Both the position numbers and the translations under genes were made by a program. This document shows, in pieces, positions 44,606 to 56,011 of a stretch of 64,000 bases of DNA (within the stretch, counting starts at the first letter, position 1; every line of letters begins with the position of its first letter). Origin of the DNA: Alphaproteobacteria bacterium. GTDB taxonomy: Bacteria > Pseudomonadota > Alphaproteobacteria > JAAXGF01. The stretch lies in NCBI GenBank assembly GCA_963555825.3, contig CAUVXB020000001.1, forward strand, positions 160,001 through 224,000, in the 5' to 3' direction. Under the pieces are notes generated by a model. It was not told where the DNA came from and ran no database searches. It saw nothing but the letters and a program-made list of their open reading frames with translations.

Positions 44606-46843
44606 TCAGTGGCCGGAAGAGAGAGCAAGCCTGCTACCTTCATCACCGATATCCGCTTCGCCGAGCCATTCATCCAGTTTCGACCAGCGGCGGCGCCCCG
44701 AAACGTTGCGCACGGCGATGGCCACGGCCTTTTTTTGTCCGACCAGCACGACCAGCCGCTTGCCGCGCGTCACACCGGTGTAGAGCAGGTTCCGCTGGAG
44801 CATCGCGTAGTGCTGCGTCAGGACGGGGATGACGACGGCGGGATACTCCGAGCCCTGGCTCTTGTGAATCGTCGCGGCGTATGCCGGAACCAGGGTGTCG
44901 AGCTCGCCGAAACCATAGGTGAGCACGCGCCCGTCGAAACGCGCGGTCAGCTCGTCTTCATCGGGATCGACATCGTCGACATAGCCGATGTCGCCGTTAT
45001 AGACCTCCTTGTCGTAGTCGTTTTCTATCTGCATCACCTTGTCGCCGGGCGCGAAGGTCCAGCCGAAGCGCTCGACCTTGCGCTCGCCGGCGGGATTGAG
45101 GGCGGCTTGCAACTCGATGTTGAGCGAGCGGGCGCCGACGCCGCCGCGGTTCATCGGGCACAGCACCTGGATGTCGCGCACCGGGTCGAGCCCGAAGCGC
45201 TTCGGGATGCGCGTCTTCACCAACTCGATGATCATGGGGACCGCGGTTTCCGGATCGTCCGCCCGCACGAAGTAGAAGTCGCTGTCGCCCTCGGGCTTGG
45301 AAAGATTGGGAATGGCGCCCCGGTTGATCCCGTGCGCGCTGGTGACGATCCGGCTTCGCGCCGCCTGACGGAATACCTCGGTCAGCCGCACGACGGGGAC
45401 CGCACCGGAGGCAATGATATCGGCCAGCACCTGGCCCGGACCGACCGACGGTAGTTGGTCGATGTCGCCGACGATCAACAGAGCGGCTTCGTCGGGGACC
45501 GCCGTCAGCAACGCCCGCATCAGCATGACATCCACCATCGAGGTCTCGTCGACGACCAGAAGTCCGCAGTCGAGCGGATTGTCGGCGTTGCGTTTGAACC
45601 CTCCGCCCCTGGGATCGACCTCAAGCAGCCGGTGGATCGTCATGGCCTCGAACCCGGTGGCCTCCGTCATCCGTTTGGCTGCGCGGCCGGTCGGCGCGCA
45701 AAGCAGCAGGGTCACGCCCTTGGCGTCCAGGATGCGCAGGATGGCGTTGACGATGGTCGTCTTGCCCACGCCCGGACCGCCGGTGATGACCATGGCCTTG
45801 GAGTTCAGGGCCCGGCGAACCGCATCGGCCTGGCTTTCCGCAAGCGACAGGCCGGTCTTGCCCTCGACCCAGGGCAACGCCTTGCCGGCATCGATGTTCG
45901 GCCAGGGCAGCCTGCCGCCCGCGATCTTCAGAAACCGTTCGCCGATCGCCCGTTCGGCCCGGTACAGGCCACCAAGAAAAATACAGGGGGTTCCGGCAAC
46001 CGTGTCCGCAACGACCGTTCCCTCGGCCAGTTCGAAGTCCAGAGCGGTTTGAACCAACTCCTTCGGGACTTCCAGCAATTCGACGGCGAGCGGCGCAAGC
46101 TCTGCGGCGGGAAGGCCGCAATGGCCGTCGTCCATCGCCTCGGTCAGCGCATGGGAAATCCCCGCGCGAACCCGGATCATGGCCGTCTTTTCGATGCCGA
46201 GTTTCATGGCGATCGCGTCCGCGGTCTTGAACCCGATGCCGCGAATGTCGCGGGCAAGGCGGTACGGGTTCTCGGTCATGACCTGAACGGCATCCACGCC
46301 GTAGGTCTTGTAGATCCGCACCGCGCGCGCCGTGCCGACGCCATGGCTGTGCAGGAACACCATGATCTCCCGGATGACCTTCTGCTCGGCCCAGGCGTCG
46401 GTGATGCGTTTGGCGCGAACCCGGCCGATGCCGGTCACCTCGCGCAGCCGTTCCGGCTCCGCCTCGATGATGTCGAACACCTTCTCACCGAACGCCCTGA
46501 CCATCTTCCCGGCATAGACCGGCCCGATGCCGCGGATCATGCCGGAGCCGAGGTATTTCTCGATGCCCTCGATCGACGAGGGCTCCGAGGTGCGCATGAA
46601 GCGCGCCTTGAACTGCTGACCATGGGTGCGGTCGTTGATCCATTCCCCCGATGCGGTTATCCACTCCCCGGCCGAGACCATGGCGGCGTGGCCGACGACC
46701 GTCACGAGATCGCGATGGCCGCGTGCCTTGATGCGCAGAACGCAAAACCCGTTATCGGCATTGTGGAACGTCACTCGCTCGACGAGGCCAGCCAGAACCT
46801 CCCGGTTCGGCGCTTCCGGTTGCCGCACAGCCGTCCCGCTCAC
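44606..46843 (-). CDS. ATP-dependent RecD2-like DNA helicase
   Basis: YLGSGMIRGIG, ITGGPGVGKT, VVDETSM, GDIDQLPSV, AYAATIHKSQGSE, YTGVTR. Confidence 0.93.
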   Translation of the reverse strand: MSGTAVRQPEAPNREVLAGLVERVTFHNADNGFCVLRIKARGHRDLVTVVGHAAMVSAGEWITASGEWINDRTHGQQFKARFMRTSEPSSIEGIEKYLGSGMIRGIGPVYAGKMVRAFGEKVFDIIEAEPERLREVTGIGRVRAKRITDAWAEQKVIREIMVFLHSHGVGTARAVRIYKTYGVDAVQVMTENPYRLARDIRGIGFKTADAIAMKLGIEKTAMIRVRAGISHALTEAMDDGHCGLPAAELAPLAVELLEVPKELVQTALDFELAEGTVVADTVAGTPCIFLGGLYRAERAIGERFLKIAGGRLPWPNIDAGKALPWVEGKTGLSLAESQADAVRRALNSKAMVITGGPGVGKTTIVNAILRILDAKGVTLLLCAPTGRAAKRMTEATGFEAMTIHRLLEVDPRGGGFKRNADNPLDCGLLVVDETSMVDVMLMRALLTAVPDEAALLIVGDIDQLPSVGPGQVLADIIASGAVPVVRLTEVFRQAARSRIVTSAHGINRGAIPNLSKPEGDSDFYFVRADDPETAVPMIIELVKTRIPKRFGLDPVRDIQVLCPMNRGGVGARSLNIELQAALNPAGERKVERFGWTFAPGDKVMQIENDYDKEVYNGDIGYVDDVDPDEDELTARFDGRVLTYGFGELDTLVPAYAATIHKSQGSEYPAVVIPVLTQHYAMLQRNLLYTGVTRGKRLVVLVGQKKAVAIAVRNVSGRRRWSKLDEWLGEADIGDEGSRLALSSGH

Positions 46844-47232
46844 GACGTGCCGAGCGTATTGGCGGTCAACAACTCCTTGATCGGATCGAATTGCCGCGTC
46901 CGCTCCAAGGCCGCCGCCGGGTTTTCGAAGGGTGCCTCGTCGTCTTCCATGGCGGCCAGGTCGTTTTCGCGGCGCTCACGCTCTATGCGCGCGAGGTGCA
47001 CCACTAGCTCTTGCGCCGTAAACATCTGCCTCACCCGCGAAACGAACCAGGGTAGTTCGCGGGCGAATTCGGGATGTTGGGCGGCGGCCTCGGCGAAGTT
47101 CAGAAGCTTCTCGGCAACCGCATAGTCAAAGGCCGCCTTGAGACCGTACCGCAGCTTGATAGTCTCAGCGGCAACGCACTGTTCCACCCAGATCTGGTGC
47201 AAATTTCCGTTCGTCATCCGAGGCCCCCGCAT
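46840..47232 (-). CDS. Hypothetical protein coupled to the RecD2-like gene
   Basis: GTGA overlap with helicase start; IWVEQC.AA..IK..YG...AFDY...EKL. Confidence 0.6.
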   Translation of the reverse strand: MRGPRMTNGNLHQIWVEQCVAAETIKLRYGLKAAFDYAVAEKLLNFAEAAAQHPEFARELPWFVSRVRQMFTAQELVVHLARIERERRENDLAAMEDDEAPFENPAAALERTRQFDPIKELLTANTLGTS

Positions 47233-47317
47233 TGTTTCACATTTCTTGCCGCACCTCTCCGGAAGGGCTCACAATTCCGATGCCGCCATCATGAGTCCTG
47301 ACGGCACTTCCCTTAGC

Positions 47318-48895
47318 TGTCAACGGCGGAGCAAAATTAGTCCACCCGGGCGGAGCAAAACTAGTCCACTTAACGTTATGCGGTACGCGGTGTTGGGGGG
47401 TTGTCCCGGTAGTCCATAGGAGGGACCCGCGCTGCTTCGTGTAGCGCTTGCGTTACGCGGAGCGAAGCAGCGTGGGAGGTTCCTGTGGACCCACCGGGTC
47501 AACCATTGCACCGGCGGTTAAGCAGGTATTTTTGGGGATTTCCGCCGTTTTTGGCTTTGGTTGCGACGATAGCTCTCGCCGTTCATTTCCAGGATATGGA
47601 CATGGTGGGTGAGGCGGTCCAGCAAAGCCCCGGTCAGGCGTTCCGAGCCGAATATCTCCGTCCACTCATCGAACGGCAAGTTGGAGGTCACCAGGATCGA
47701 GCCCCGCTCGTAGCGCTGGCTGAAGACTTCGAACAGCAGCTCGGCGCCGGTCTTCGAGAGCGGCACGAAGCCGAGTTCGTCGATGATCAGAAGGTGATAC
47801 TTTGCCAGTTGCTTCTGCAGGCGCAACAGGCGTTTTTCATCCCTGGCCTCCATCAGTTCATGAACCAGGGCAGCGGCCGTGAGGAAGCCGACGGAGAGCC
47901 CCTTTTGGCAGGCCGCCAGACCGAGACCGAGGGCGATATGGGTCTTGCCGGTTCCGCTGTTGCCGAGCGCGATGATATTCTCACGACGCTCGACGTATTC
48001 GCATCGCGCCAACTCCAGAACCAGCATCTTGTTGAGCGATGCGATGGCCTTGAAGTCGAAGCTGTCGAGGCTTTTGACGGCGGGGAACCTGGCCTGTCTG
48101 ATCCGCCGCTCGACCATGCGGCGCTCACGGTCGATCAGTTCCAACTCGGTCAGACGGACAAGATACCGCACATGGTCGGCGCCCTCGGTGGCGCATTGGC
48201 GGGCCAGCTTGTCGTATTCGCGCAGGAACGTCGGCAGTTTCAGGGTCTTGAGGTGATGGGCCAGCAACACTTGCGGCGTATCGGTCATGACGCGCCTCCA
48301 CCCAACAAGCTCATATAACTGGCGGCGGCCGTGGTCGCCACGTTGGCCCGAGGCAGGTAGGGATAGATATCCAGGTCGAGTTTGGGCGGGCGTCGCTCGA
48401 TACGGCACAGCACAAGGTGTTTGACGGCGTCGTAGCCGATCGCACCCAGGCGCAGGGCGTCCTTCACCGCGCCGTGAAGCACCTCGAGATCGAAGGTCTC
48501 CAGAAGCCGAAGGACCTGGACGTATTCCCGCTTGCCGGCCTTGCCCATGCGCGCCTCCAGGAGACGGCGCAGGGTTGGGAAGGCATCAGGCAGTTCCCAT
48601 CCGGCTAGCGGCGCGGCCTGATCCAGGGCACCGATCTTGTGCTCCAGCAAAGGCAGGTAGTGGATCGGATCGAAGACCATATCTTCCCGGTCGTAGGAAC
48701 GGGGGTGTCGGGCAATGATCCCGGCGCCGCAACCGATAACCACCTCGTGGACATAGCCACGGATCCAGACTTCCTGATGGCCGTAGGCGACGGGCACGGA
48801 ATAGTCATTCGTCCGGTAGCGCACCAGGGACAGCGAGTTGACCCGCGTGCCCTGCTTGTCGCACGCGTCGAACGGTGCCGGCAGTGGCCTCTTCT
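47318..48895 (-). mobile_element. IS21-family element, right part only (istB intact; istA 3' fragment 48285-48895)
   Basis: TGTCAACGGCGGAGCAAAA end with internal repeat; istA-like LVRYRTNDYSVP, HYLPLLEHKIGAL. Confidence 0.88.
47518..48288 (-). CDS. istB: IS21 helper ATPase IstB
   Basis: GNSGTGKTH, IIDELG, TSNLPF, LLDRLTHH. Confidence 0.93.
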   Translation of the reverse strand: MTDTPQVLLAHHLKTLKLPTFLREYDKLARQCATEGADHVRYLVRLTELELIDRERRMVERRIRQARFPAVKSLDSFDFKAIASLNKMLVLELARCEYVERRENIIALGNSGTGKTHIALGLGLAACQKGLSVGFLTAAALVHELMEARDEKRLLRLQKQLAKYHLLIIDELGFVPLSKTGAELLFEVFSQRYERGSILVTSNLPFDEWTEIFGSERLTGALLDRLTHHVHILEMNGESYRRNQSQKRRKSPKIPA

Positions 48896-49089
48896 GATCT
48901 TGCCCGGTTTCAGTGGACGGTTCAGAAAGATCCGGTTGACCGCTTCTCGAAGTCATCCGGACTGATGTTGCCAAGGTAACCATGGCGCCGTTTTCGGTTA
49001 TAGAACACCTCGATGTAGTCGAACAGATCGGCACGCGCCTCGTCTCGCGTACGATAGCGCACACGGTTCACTCGCTCTCGCTTGAGTAA
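48896..49089 (-). mobile_element. IS3-family 3' remnant inserted in istA
   Basis: TGATCTTGCCCGGTTTCAGTGGAC end; reverse strand reads LKRERV...TRDEARADLFDYIEVFYNRKRRHGYLG. Confidence 0.75.
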
Positions 49090-50464
49090 GAGCTATTGTC
49101 AAAAGTTGTGTATGGGCTGATCATGCGGCGGCGCGATCCTGGCGTTCTCCATCTACGAATTTGACGCCGCGAATGATCTCGGCGAGATGGTTCGATCCAT
49201 CGAGTTTTCTCCATTTTCTCTGAGCGCACTGGCATAGTTTGAAGACCATGGCCATCGCCGTCTTGCGCGACAGGCAGCCCTTGGTCCGGTAGGTGCGCAG
49301 ACGAACCGTGGCGAACGTGCTCTCGATGGGGTTGGTCGTGCGTACATGCTTCCAGTGCTCGGCGGGGAAGTCGTAGAACGTCAGCAGGACGTCGCGGTCC
49401 TTGGCCAGGCAGGCCGCGGCCTTGTCGTACTTCGGCCCGTAGGCTTCCAGGAAGAAGTCGAAGGCGCTCTCGGCATCCTTCCTGGTTTCGGCCATCCAGA
49501 TGTCTTGCAGGCGCCCCTTGGCTTTCTTTTGCAGACCCTTGGGCAGCTTGTTCAAGACGTTGCCCGTCTTGTGAACCCAGCAGCGTTGCTCGCGGGCGCC
49601 TGGGTAGACTTGGCGGAGCGCCTTCCAGAAGCCGAGCGCGCCGTCGCCGAGCGCCAGTTGCGGACCCATTTCAAGGCCGCGCCGCTTGAGATCGAGCAGA
49701 ACTTCGAGCCAGGACTGCTCACTTTCGCGATAGCCGTCGGCGATGGCGATCAGTTCCTTCTGTCCCTTGTCCGTGGCCCCGACGATCACCAGGATGCACT
49801 GCTTCTCTTCCTCCATGCGGGCGCTGAAATAGATGCCGTCCACCCAGAAATAGACGTAGCGCTTGGCCGTGAGGTCGCGCCGTTGCCAGCGCTCCGCCTC
49901 AACCCCCCAGACCTCTTTCAGCCGGGTGATCGTGGAGGCCGAAAGCCCCGGCGCGGAGCTCCCCAGGAGCGCCGCCAAGGCTTCCCCGAAGTCGCCGGTG
50001 GAAATGCCCTTCAGATACAGCCATGGCAAAAGGTCTTCCAGGCTCTTGGCGCGGCGCAGATAGCGCGGCAGGATCGCCGACGTGAAGCGGATGGCGCCGT
50101 CCCCCCGGTCCCGCACACGGGGTTGGCGCACGCTCACCGGGCCGATCCCGGTCTGGATGAAGCGTTCCGGCAGATATCCATTGCGGACAACCCGGCGGCG
50201 GCCGGCGGCGTCAACAAGCGCCGCATGGCTACCCAAAAACACGGAGACCTCGGCCTCAACGGCTTGGGCCAACAACTCGCGAGCTCCAGCTTGTAGGACT
50301 TCCGTCAACGGATCTTTCTGAAAATCAGATGGGTTTTGAAAAGCAACAACGGTATTCTCTTTCATGGCGTATCCTTCCTTGGCTTAGCTCAAGTGGTGAC
50401 ATCAACAATCACCAGGATACGCCGCCTTCATTTCAACGCCGTACACAAGATTCGGTTATAGCTC
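49090..50464 (-). mobile_element. IS256 copy 2 (transposase 49121-50365, same protein as copy 1); no target duplication
   Basis: Identical 414-aa translation; intact end GAGCTATTGTCAAAAGTTGTGTA; flanks differ. Confidence 0.95.
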
Positions 50465-50519
50465 GGCGGCGTATCCTGGCGATGATCGTACCGCCAATTT
50501 TACGAAGGCCGGATACGCC

Positions 50520-50790
50520 ATGAGAGAGAGGATACAGTTGTGTGGATCCGCCAACCGCGGACATATTCAGAGGATCCGCTGACGGAGATTATACGCATGG
50601 GCGCGCGGCGCCTTCTGGCACAAGCGGTTGAGATGGAAGTCGCGGCGTTTGTCGAGGGGCAAGCCGACCGGACGGATGAGAGGTGTCGCCGTCGGATCGC
50701 AGGTCACGGGTATTTGCCAGAGCGCGAGATTCAGACCGGCATTGACCAGGTTGTCGTTCTTCCTCGGTCTGCGACATCTCGAGCCTGACG
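50520..50790 (+). pseudogene. Degraded 5' remnant of a related IS256 transposase
   Basis: DPLTEIIRMGARRLLAQAVEMEV...HGYLPEREIQTGI. Confidence 0.75.
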
Positions 50791-50943
50791 GATTCCGGAG
50801 AGCGACACTAGCTCGAAAGTTCAACTTCGAGCGGGACATTCCCAACCCACTTGCCGCGCCCATCGGGATTGCATACTCTTTATTGGAACTGTGGTCGGTC
50901 GTGCGACGACGGAACTCGAGTGAATATCTATCCGAGGAGTTAC

Positions 50944-51519
50944 ATGAAAGTCTGCTGGCGATCGACGATCATGATGGTGTCGCTGTTGCCCCTTGCATGC
51001 AGCGGCGCGGTTACCACGCAGTTCGTCCAATACGACGATTCGGGCGTTCCTGAGCTGTTCAGATACGGGGCCGTGGATCGTGATTTTCGCACCGTGATCC
51101 ACGGAAATCCGAGCGCCGGGACCACGGAAGCTTTCGAGACGGCCGTAATTGATGCAATGCAGGGTCACACATGGGGGCGAAGGACGAACTTCACCACCAC
51201 ACCCTCGGCAAACGCGCGCGACGGATACCGGGTGGTAATGGTCTTCAGCGGAGAGCATCACATTGGCGGCCGTGTCGCGTGCCAAAATCCTGACTCTGGC
51301 ACCCTCGCTCTCGTAACCAGCCAAGTGCACTTGCAAGCAGCATTCTGTTTTGAGGAACGCGTGCTGTCGCAGGTGCAGGTAACCTTTGTATCCTTTAGTT
51401 CACTTCAAGATCCGGTGCTGGGTGAAGCTGTTTCGCAAGCGGTACTTCATCTCTTCCCGTTGCGCGATCCAAGCCGCCAAGCGGACCCCAGCGACCATGA
51501 TATCGTCGTTCCCCCCTGA
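50944..51519 (+). CDS. Putative lipoprotein of unknown function
   Basis: GAGGAG RBS; MKVCWRSTIMMVSLLPLACSG with LAC lipobox. Confidence 0.65.
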   Translation: MKVCWRSTIMMVSLLPLACSGAVTTQFVQYDDSGVPELFRYGAVDRDFRTVIHGNPSAGTTEAFETAVIDAMQGHTWGRRTNFTTTPSANARDGYRVVMVFSGEHHIGGRVACQNPDSGTLALVTSQVHLQAAFCFEERVLSQVQVTFVSFSSLQDPVLGEAVSQAVLHLFPLRDPSRQADPSDHDIVVPP

Positions 51520-51624
51520 CATTAATCCGCTTAGGTGACATTCTGGAAGCGTGGCTCTTAGGGAGCGATGTCCCCTGCTGTTGGATTTGACGAGGTGGGT
51601 AGTAGGGCCGTCCAGGCGATATTG

Positions 51625-51652
51625 CCCCCCCCCCCCCCCCCCCCCCCCCCCC
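51625..51652. repeat. C28 homopolymer
   Basis: 28 consecutive C. Confidence 0.9.
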
Positions 51653-51742
51653 GGGCAAACCCCGTGGTGATCACGGACTCAGCGGCTAGATCGATCAAAT
51701 TGATATGATTATGTCTCTATTTGTTTTTAGGAGGCGCGATTG

Positions 51743-52843
51743 ATGGCGAGAGTGGCGGTGACGATCTCTTTGAGCGATGACGAGCGCGCCGAATTGGAGG
51801 CGCTGTCTCGTCGTCGCAAGACGTCGCAGGGGCTTGCGCGGCGGGCTCGGATCGTCTTGGCGGCGGCGGAAGGGTTGGAGAACAAGGAGATCGCCGTTCG
51901 TTCGAGGCGAGCGCGGACACCGTGGGCAAGTGGCGTCGCCGCTATGCGGCGGAGGGCCTCGACGGTTGTACGACGAACCCCGCCCCGGCGCGCCGCGTCA
52001 AATCGGCGATGACGCCATCGCGGAAGCGGTCCGGCTGACGCTGGAAGAGACGCCGCCGGACGCGACCCATTGGAGCCTTCGCTCGATGGCGCGGGCGAGC
52101 GGCCACGCGCCCTCGACCATTCATCGCATCTGGCGGGCCTTCGGCTTGCAGCCGCATCGCTCGGAGACCTTCAAGCTGTCGAGCGATCCCTTCTTCGTGG
52201 AGAAGGTCCGCGACATCGTCGGTCTGTATTTGGCGCCGCCGGATCGTGCCCTGGTTCTCTGTGTCGACGAAAAGAGCCAGATCCAGGCCCTGGACCGTTC
52301 CCAGCCCCTCTTGCCGATGCGCCCCGGGCAGGCGGAGCGGCGCAGCCACGACTACAAGCGCCACGGCACGACCTCTCTCTTCGCGGCCCTCGACATCGCC
52401 ACGGGAGAGATCATCGGCAAATGTTTCCCGCGCCATCGGGCCCGAGAGTTCCGCAAATTCCTCGACCTCGTCGAGGCGAACGTCCCTTGATCTCGACATC
52501 CACATCGTCATGGACAACTACGGGACCCACAAGACCAAGGCGATCCGCGACTGGTTCGCCAAACGGCCGCGCTGGCAGGCCCATTTCACACCCACCAGCG
52601 CCTCCTGGCTGAACCAGGTCGAGCGCTGGTTCGGGCTGCTGACCGACAAGCAGATCAGGCGCGGCGTCCATCGCTCCACCAAGGAGTTGGAGCGCACCAT
52701 CCTCGACTACATCGACACGACAAACCAGAACCCCAAACCCTTCACGTCTTGCGAATGGACCAAATCCGCCGATGACATCCTCGGCGCCATCCAGCGCTTC
52801 TGCCTCCGAACAATCGAAACGGACTCACTTCGGCGGACACTAG
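51743..52843 (+). pseudogene. IS630-family transposase with several frameshifts
   Basis: [35 protein letters not shown] spread over three frames. Confidence 0.85.
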
Positions 52844-53051
52844 AGCATTTCAAGTTTGATTGAATCCATACACTGAGTTTCGGAAGTAGTTTGCGCATTC
52901 TTCTGGCATGAAGAGCTCGATGATGTCGGCGATGGCGGCCCAGAGGTCATCGACGGTTCGCGCTGAGACCTTTCGAAGCAGAGCCTTGAGCTTGGCGAAG
53001 GTTTGCTCGATCGGATTGAGATCGGGCGAGTAGGGTGGCAGGTAGAGCAAA
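52844..53051 (-). mobile_element. 3' remnant of another IS630 element
   Basis: LYLPPYSPDLNPIEQTFAKLK...ECANYF. Confidence 0.8.
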
Positions 53052-53053
53052 TA

Positions 53054-53999
53054 GGAGATGTCCCGGTCGATGTTGAAAAGTTGAGGTAGGTGTCGCTCTC
53101 CTGGAGCCGTTAGGCTCCGGGTGCTGCAAACCCAAGAGGGAGAACGACACCATGGGAAAGAATATCCGTAGTTCCAGTAGCCCGAAAGCCCTTGCCACCT
53201 CGTTTCCTATGCCGCCGCTGGCAGACGCGATGGACGCAGTCCGTCTCAGCGTGGATCGGTTCTGTCTCCTGGCCGGGGTCGAGGCCTTGGCCGAGATGAT
53301 GGAGGAGGACGCCACGACCGTGTGCGGGGCCCGACATCGTCGCCATGGGAACCGTCGGGGTTATCGCTGGGGCCATACGCAGAGCGAGATCGGCTACCAC
53401 GGCGGCCGCGTGAAAGTGCAGCGGCCACGGGTTCGCGACCATGCTGGCAAGGAGGTGGGTTTGGAGAGCTGGCAGGTGCTGCGCGACGGCAACCTGTTGC
53501 TCGAGTGGGCGCTCAACCTGATGGTCCTGAACGTGTCGACCCGCAAGTACCACCGCGCGGTCCGTCTGCCCGAGGGCGACCTGGCGAAAGCGCGTGGCGA
53601 CGGCACCTCGAAGTCGGCCGTTTCCCGGCGCTTTGTGGCGCTGTCGCGCAAGAAGATGAAGGCCTGGCTCGCCTCGGACCTCTCGGAACTCGACCTGCTG
53701 GTCATCCAGATCGACGGTCTGCATGTCGGCGACCATGTCTTGGCGGCGGCGATCGGCGTCGATGGCAACGGCGACAAGCATGTCCTGGCCGTGGTCGAGG
53801 GGGCGACGGAGAACACTGTCGTCGTCCAGGCCTTGCTCGACAATCTCCTCGCCAGGGGGCTCGATCCGACGCTGCCCCGGCTGTTCATCGTCGATGGCGC
53901 GAAGGCGCTCAGCAAAGCGATCCGCAACACCTTCGGTGTGGCCGCCGCCATCCAGCGCTGCCAGGTCCACAAGGGCCGTAACATCATCGAGCGCCTGCC
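53054..53999 (+). mobile_element. IS256-family element of a different lineage, transposase (from 53152) cut at 53999
   Basis: VSTRKY, SKSAVSRRF, IQIDG, IVDGAKAL, QRCQVHK, then abrupt junction. Confidence 0.82.
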
Positions 54000-55337
54000 T
54001 GTGGCTCCCATAAATCCTATCTGCCGCAGAAATCCTAGTATTCCCGGCTTGTGCCGGATAGCGTCTCCGACATGTGCACGACCATTCGAATTGTCCTTGC
54101 CATGGTCCGTGAGGCTTTCCTCAGCCGCGCGGCGTTGCATCTTGAGAACCTTGCCCTGCGACAGCAGCTTGCCGCCTTAGATCGGAAAGGAGCCAGGCCA
54201 TCGCTTCGGATGGCCGATCGCCTTTTCTGGGTCGTCCTGTCTCGGCTGTGGTCGGGTTGGAGGGAGATCCTGGTGATCGTCAAGCCGGAGACGGTTATCG
54301 GCTGGCATCGAAAGGGCTTCCGACGTTTCTGGACCCGGAAGTCGCGACGGGGGAAGCCGGGACGACCGCCCGTGTCGAGCGAATTCCGAGGGCTTATCCG
54401 CCGGATGTCTCGGGAGAATCCGTTGTGGGGCGCTCCCCGAATCCACGGTGAGCTCAGGATGCTCGGCTTCGAGGTCTCCGAGGCGGCCGTGTCCAAGTAC
54501 ATGCCGCGCCATCCAAAGCCACCTTCGCAGACATGGCGGACGTTCCTCGAGAACCACGTCGGGTGCCTAGCGTCGACCGACTTCTTCGTCGTACCCACCG
54601 CGACGTTCAGTCTTCTATTCGTGCTCGTTGTGCTGCGGCACGAGCGTCGGCGGATTGTTCACATCGGCACCACGGCACACCCGACTGCGGCGTGGGTCGC
54701 GCAACAGATCCGGGAGGCCTTTCCGTGGGAGACAGCACCACGGTATATGATCCGAGATCGGGATCGTGTGTACGGTATTGCCTTTCGTTCGCGGATAAAG
54801 GCGATGGGCATCGAAGAGGTCGTGACGGCGCCGCGATCGCCGTGGCAGTCGCCGTACGTTGAGCGCGTGATCGGGTCCATCAGGCGAGAGTGTCTGGATC
54901 ACGTGATCGTTCTAAACGAACGGCATCTGCGGGCGATACTCTTGTCGTACATCGACTACTACCAGCGATCCCGCACGCACCTGGCGCTAGGCAAGGATAC
55001 CCCTGAACGGCGATCGGTTCAGCCGGCTGGCGCCGGGAAGATCGTGGCGTTTCCACAGGTCGGCGGGCTGCATCATCGGTACCAGCGGTTGGCGGCCTGA
55101 CTGGCACCGGCTATCGTATAATCGGCTTGCGGCGATGATTCTGACGCCGTCGGGGTCGCCGTAACCTCAGCAATCCGTCTTACTATGGCAAGGCCCCCCA
55201 AGCCGGTTGCCGATCGATGTGGGCGTCGTTTCCGAAGATGACTATGCCCGCCTCACAGCGAAGATGGTGCCATCACCAGTGCCGGCGGACCGGTCGGCGT
55301 TCTTGATGCACCCCGGATGAGATAAATGGGAGGCACA
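54000..55337 (+). mobile_element. IS with rve integrase-core transposase (54072-55100)
   Basis: IRs TGTGGCTCCCAT / ATGGGAGGCACA; WGAPRIHGEL, DFF, IRDRD, ERVIGSIRRECLDH, GGLHHRY. Confidence 0.82.
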
Positions 55338-55676
55338 GCTGGTCGCCATGGCCAATAAGACAGCCCGTGTCGCCTGGGCACTGCTCAGGTACGAGCGTAT
55401 CTACCGACCGACGCCGGCATAGCCAGCTGGCAAACCGGGATCAAATTGCGAGGGTAACGACGATTTGATGGCGAAACAGGGTTCCACCCGAGATCGGCCA
55501 AACCCGAGGCATTGTCCGAGCATCAAGCTCGTTAGTCTGACTGGGCGTCGATCTTTCGGATTCCATCAGGGCCAGCGGTCAGCGTACCGCAGAGAAAAGG
55601 CCGGATACATGACTGCAAGCTCTACCGCCGATTCAAATCAGTTTTCCCCTTGCAACACCGGGGGCGTCCATACATG
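55338..55676 (+). mobile_element. IS1111-type remnant: last transposase codons plus complete non-coding right end
   Basis: LVAMANKTARVAWALL...* then ...AGGCCGGATACATG...TTGCAA...GGGGCGTCCATACATG, homologous to the end at 10052-10308. Confidence 0.85.
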
Positions 55677-55802
55677 ACAATGCCAATCAGCGAGATATTG
55701 TCCCCATCATCGAAGAGAGTCATCAAGCGGTCGACATCTTTGGAGCAGTAAGCCTCTGAGTATTCCTCAAGCGTGGCTAGAACAGCCTCTTCATCCGTCA
55801 TT
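55677..55802 (-). pseudogene. 5' fragment of a SnoaL/NTF2-like gene cut by the IS1111 insertion
   Basis: MTDEEAVLATLEEYSEAYCSKDVDRLMTLF...ISLIG. Confidence 0.55.
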
Positions 55803-55825
55803 TGTAAATCCCCCGGCCTCCGATG

Positions 55826-55982
55826 TGGCCTAAGGGCCGCAAGGACCGCTATGCCATGCTGTCCGAGCATCTCCTCCATCTGCTGCGGACCTACTGGAAA
55901 GCGTCACGGCCGCAGGGCTGGCTGTTTCCGGGTCAGAACCCGGTCAATCCGCTGACCACCTGTCAGTTGAGACGCGCCTTGA
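55826..55982 (+). pseudogene. Internal fragment of a tyrosine recombinase
   Basis: KGRKDRYAMLS..LL.LLRTYWKASRPQGWLFPG. Confidence 0.65.
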
Positions 55983-56011
55983 ATGAGTCGTTATAACCGT
56001 TCTCCCATGGG

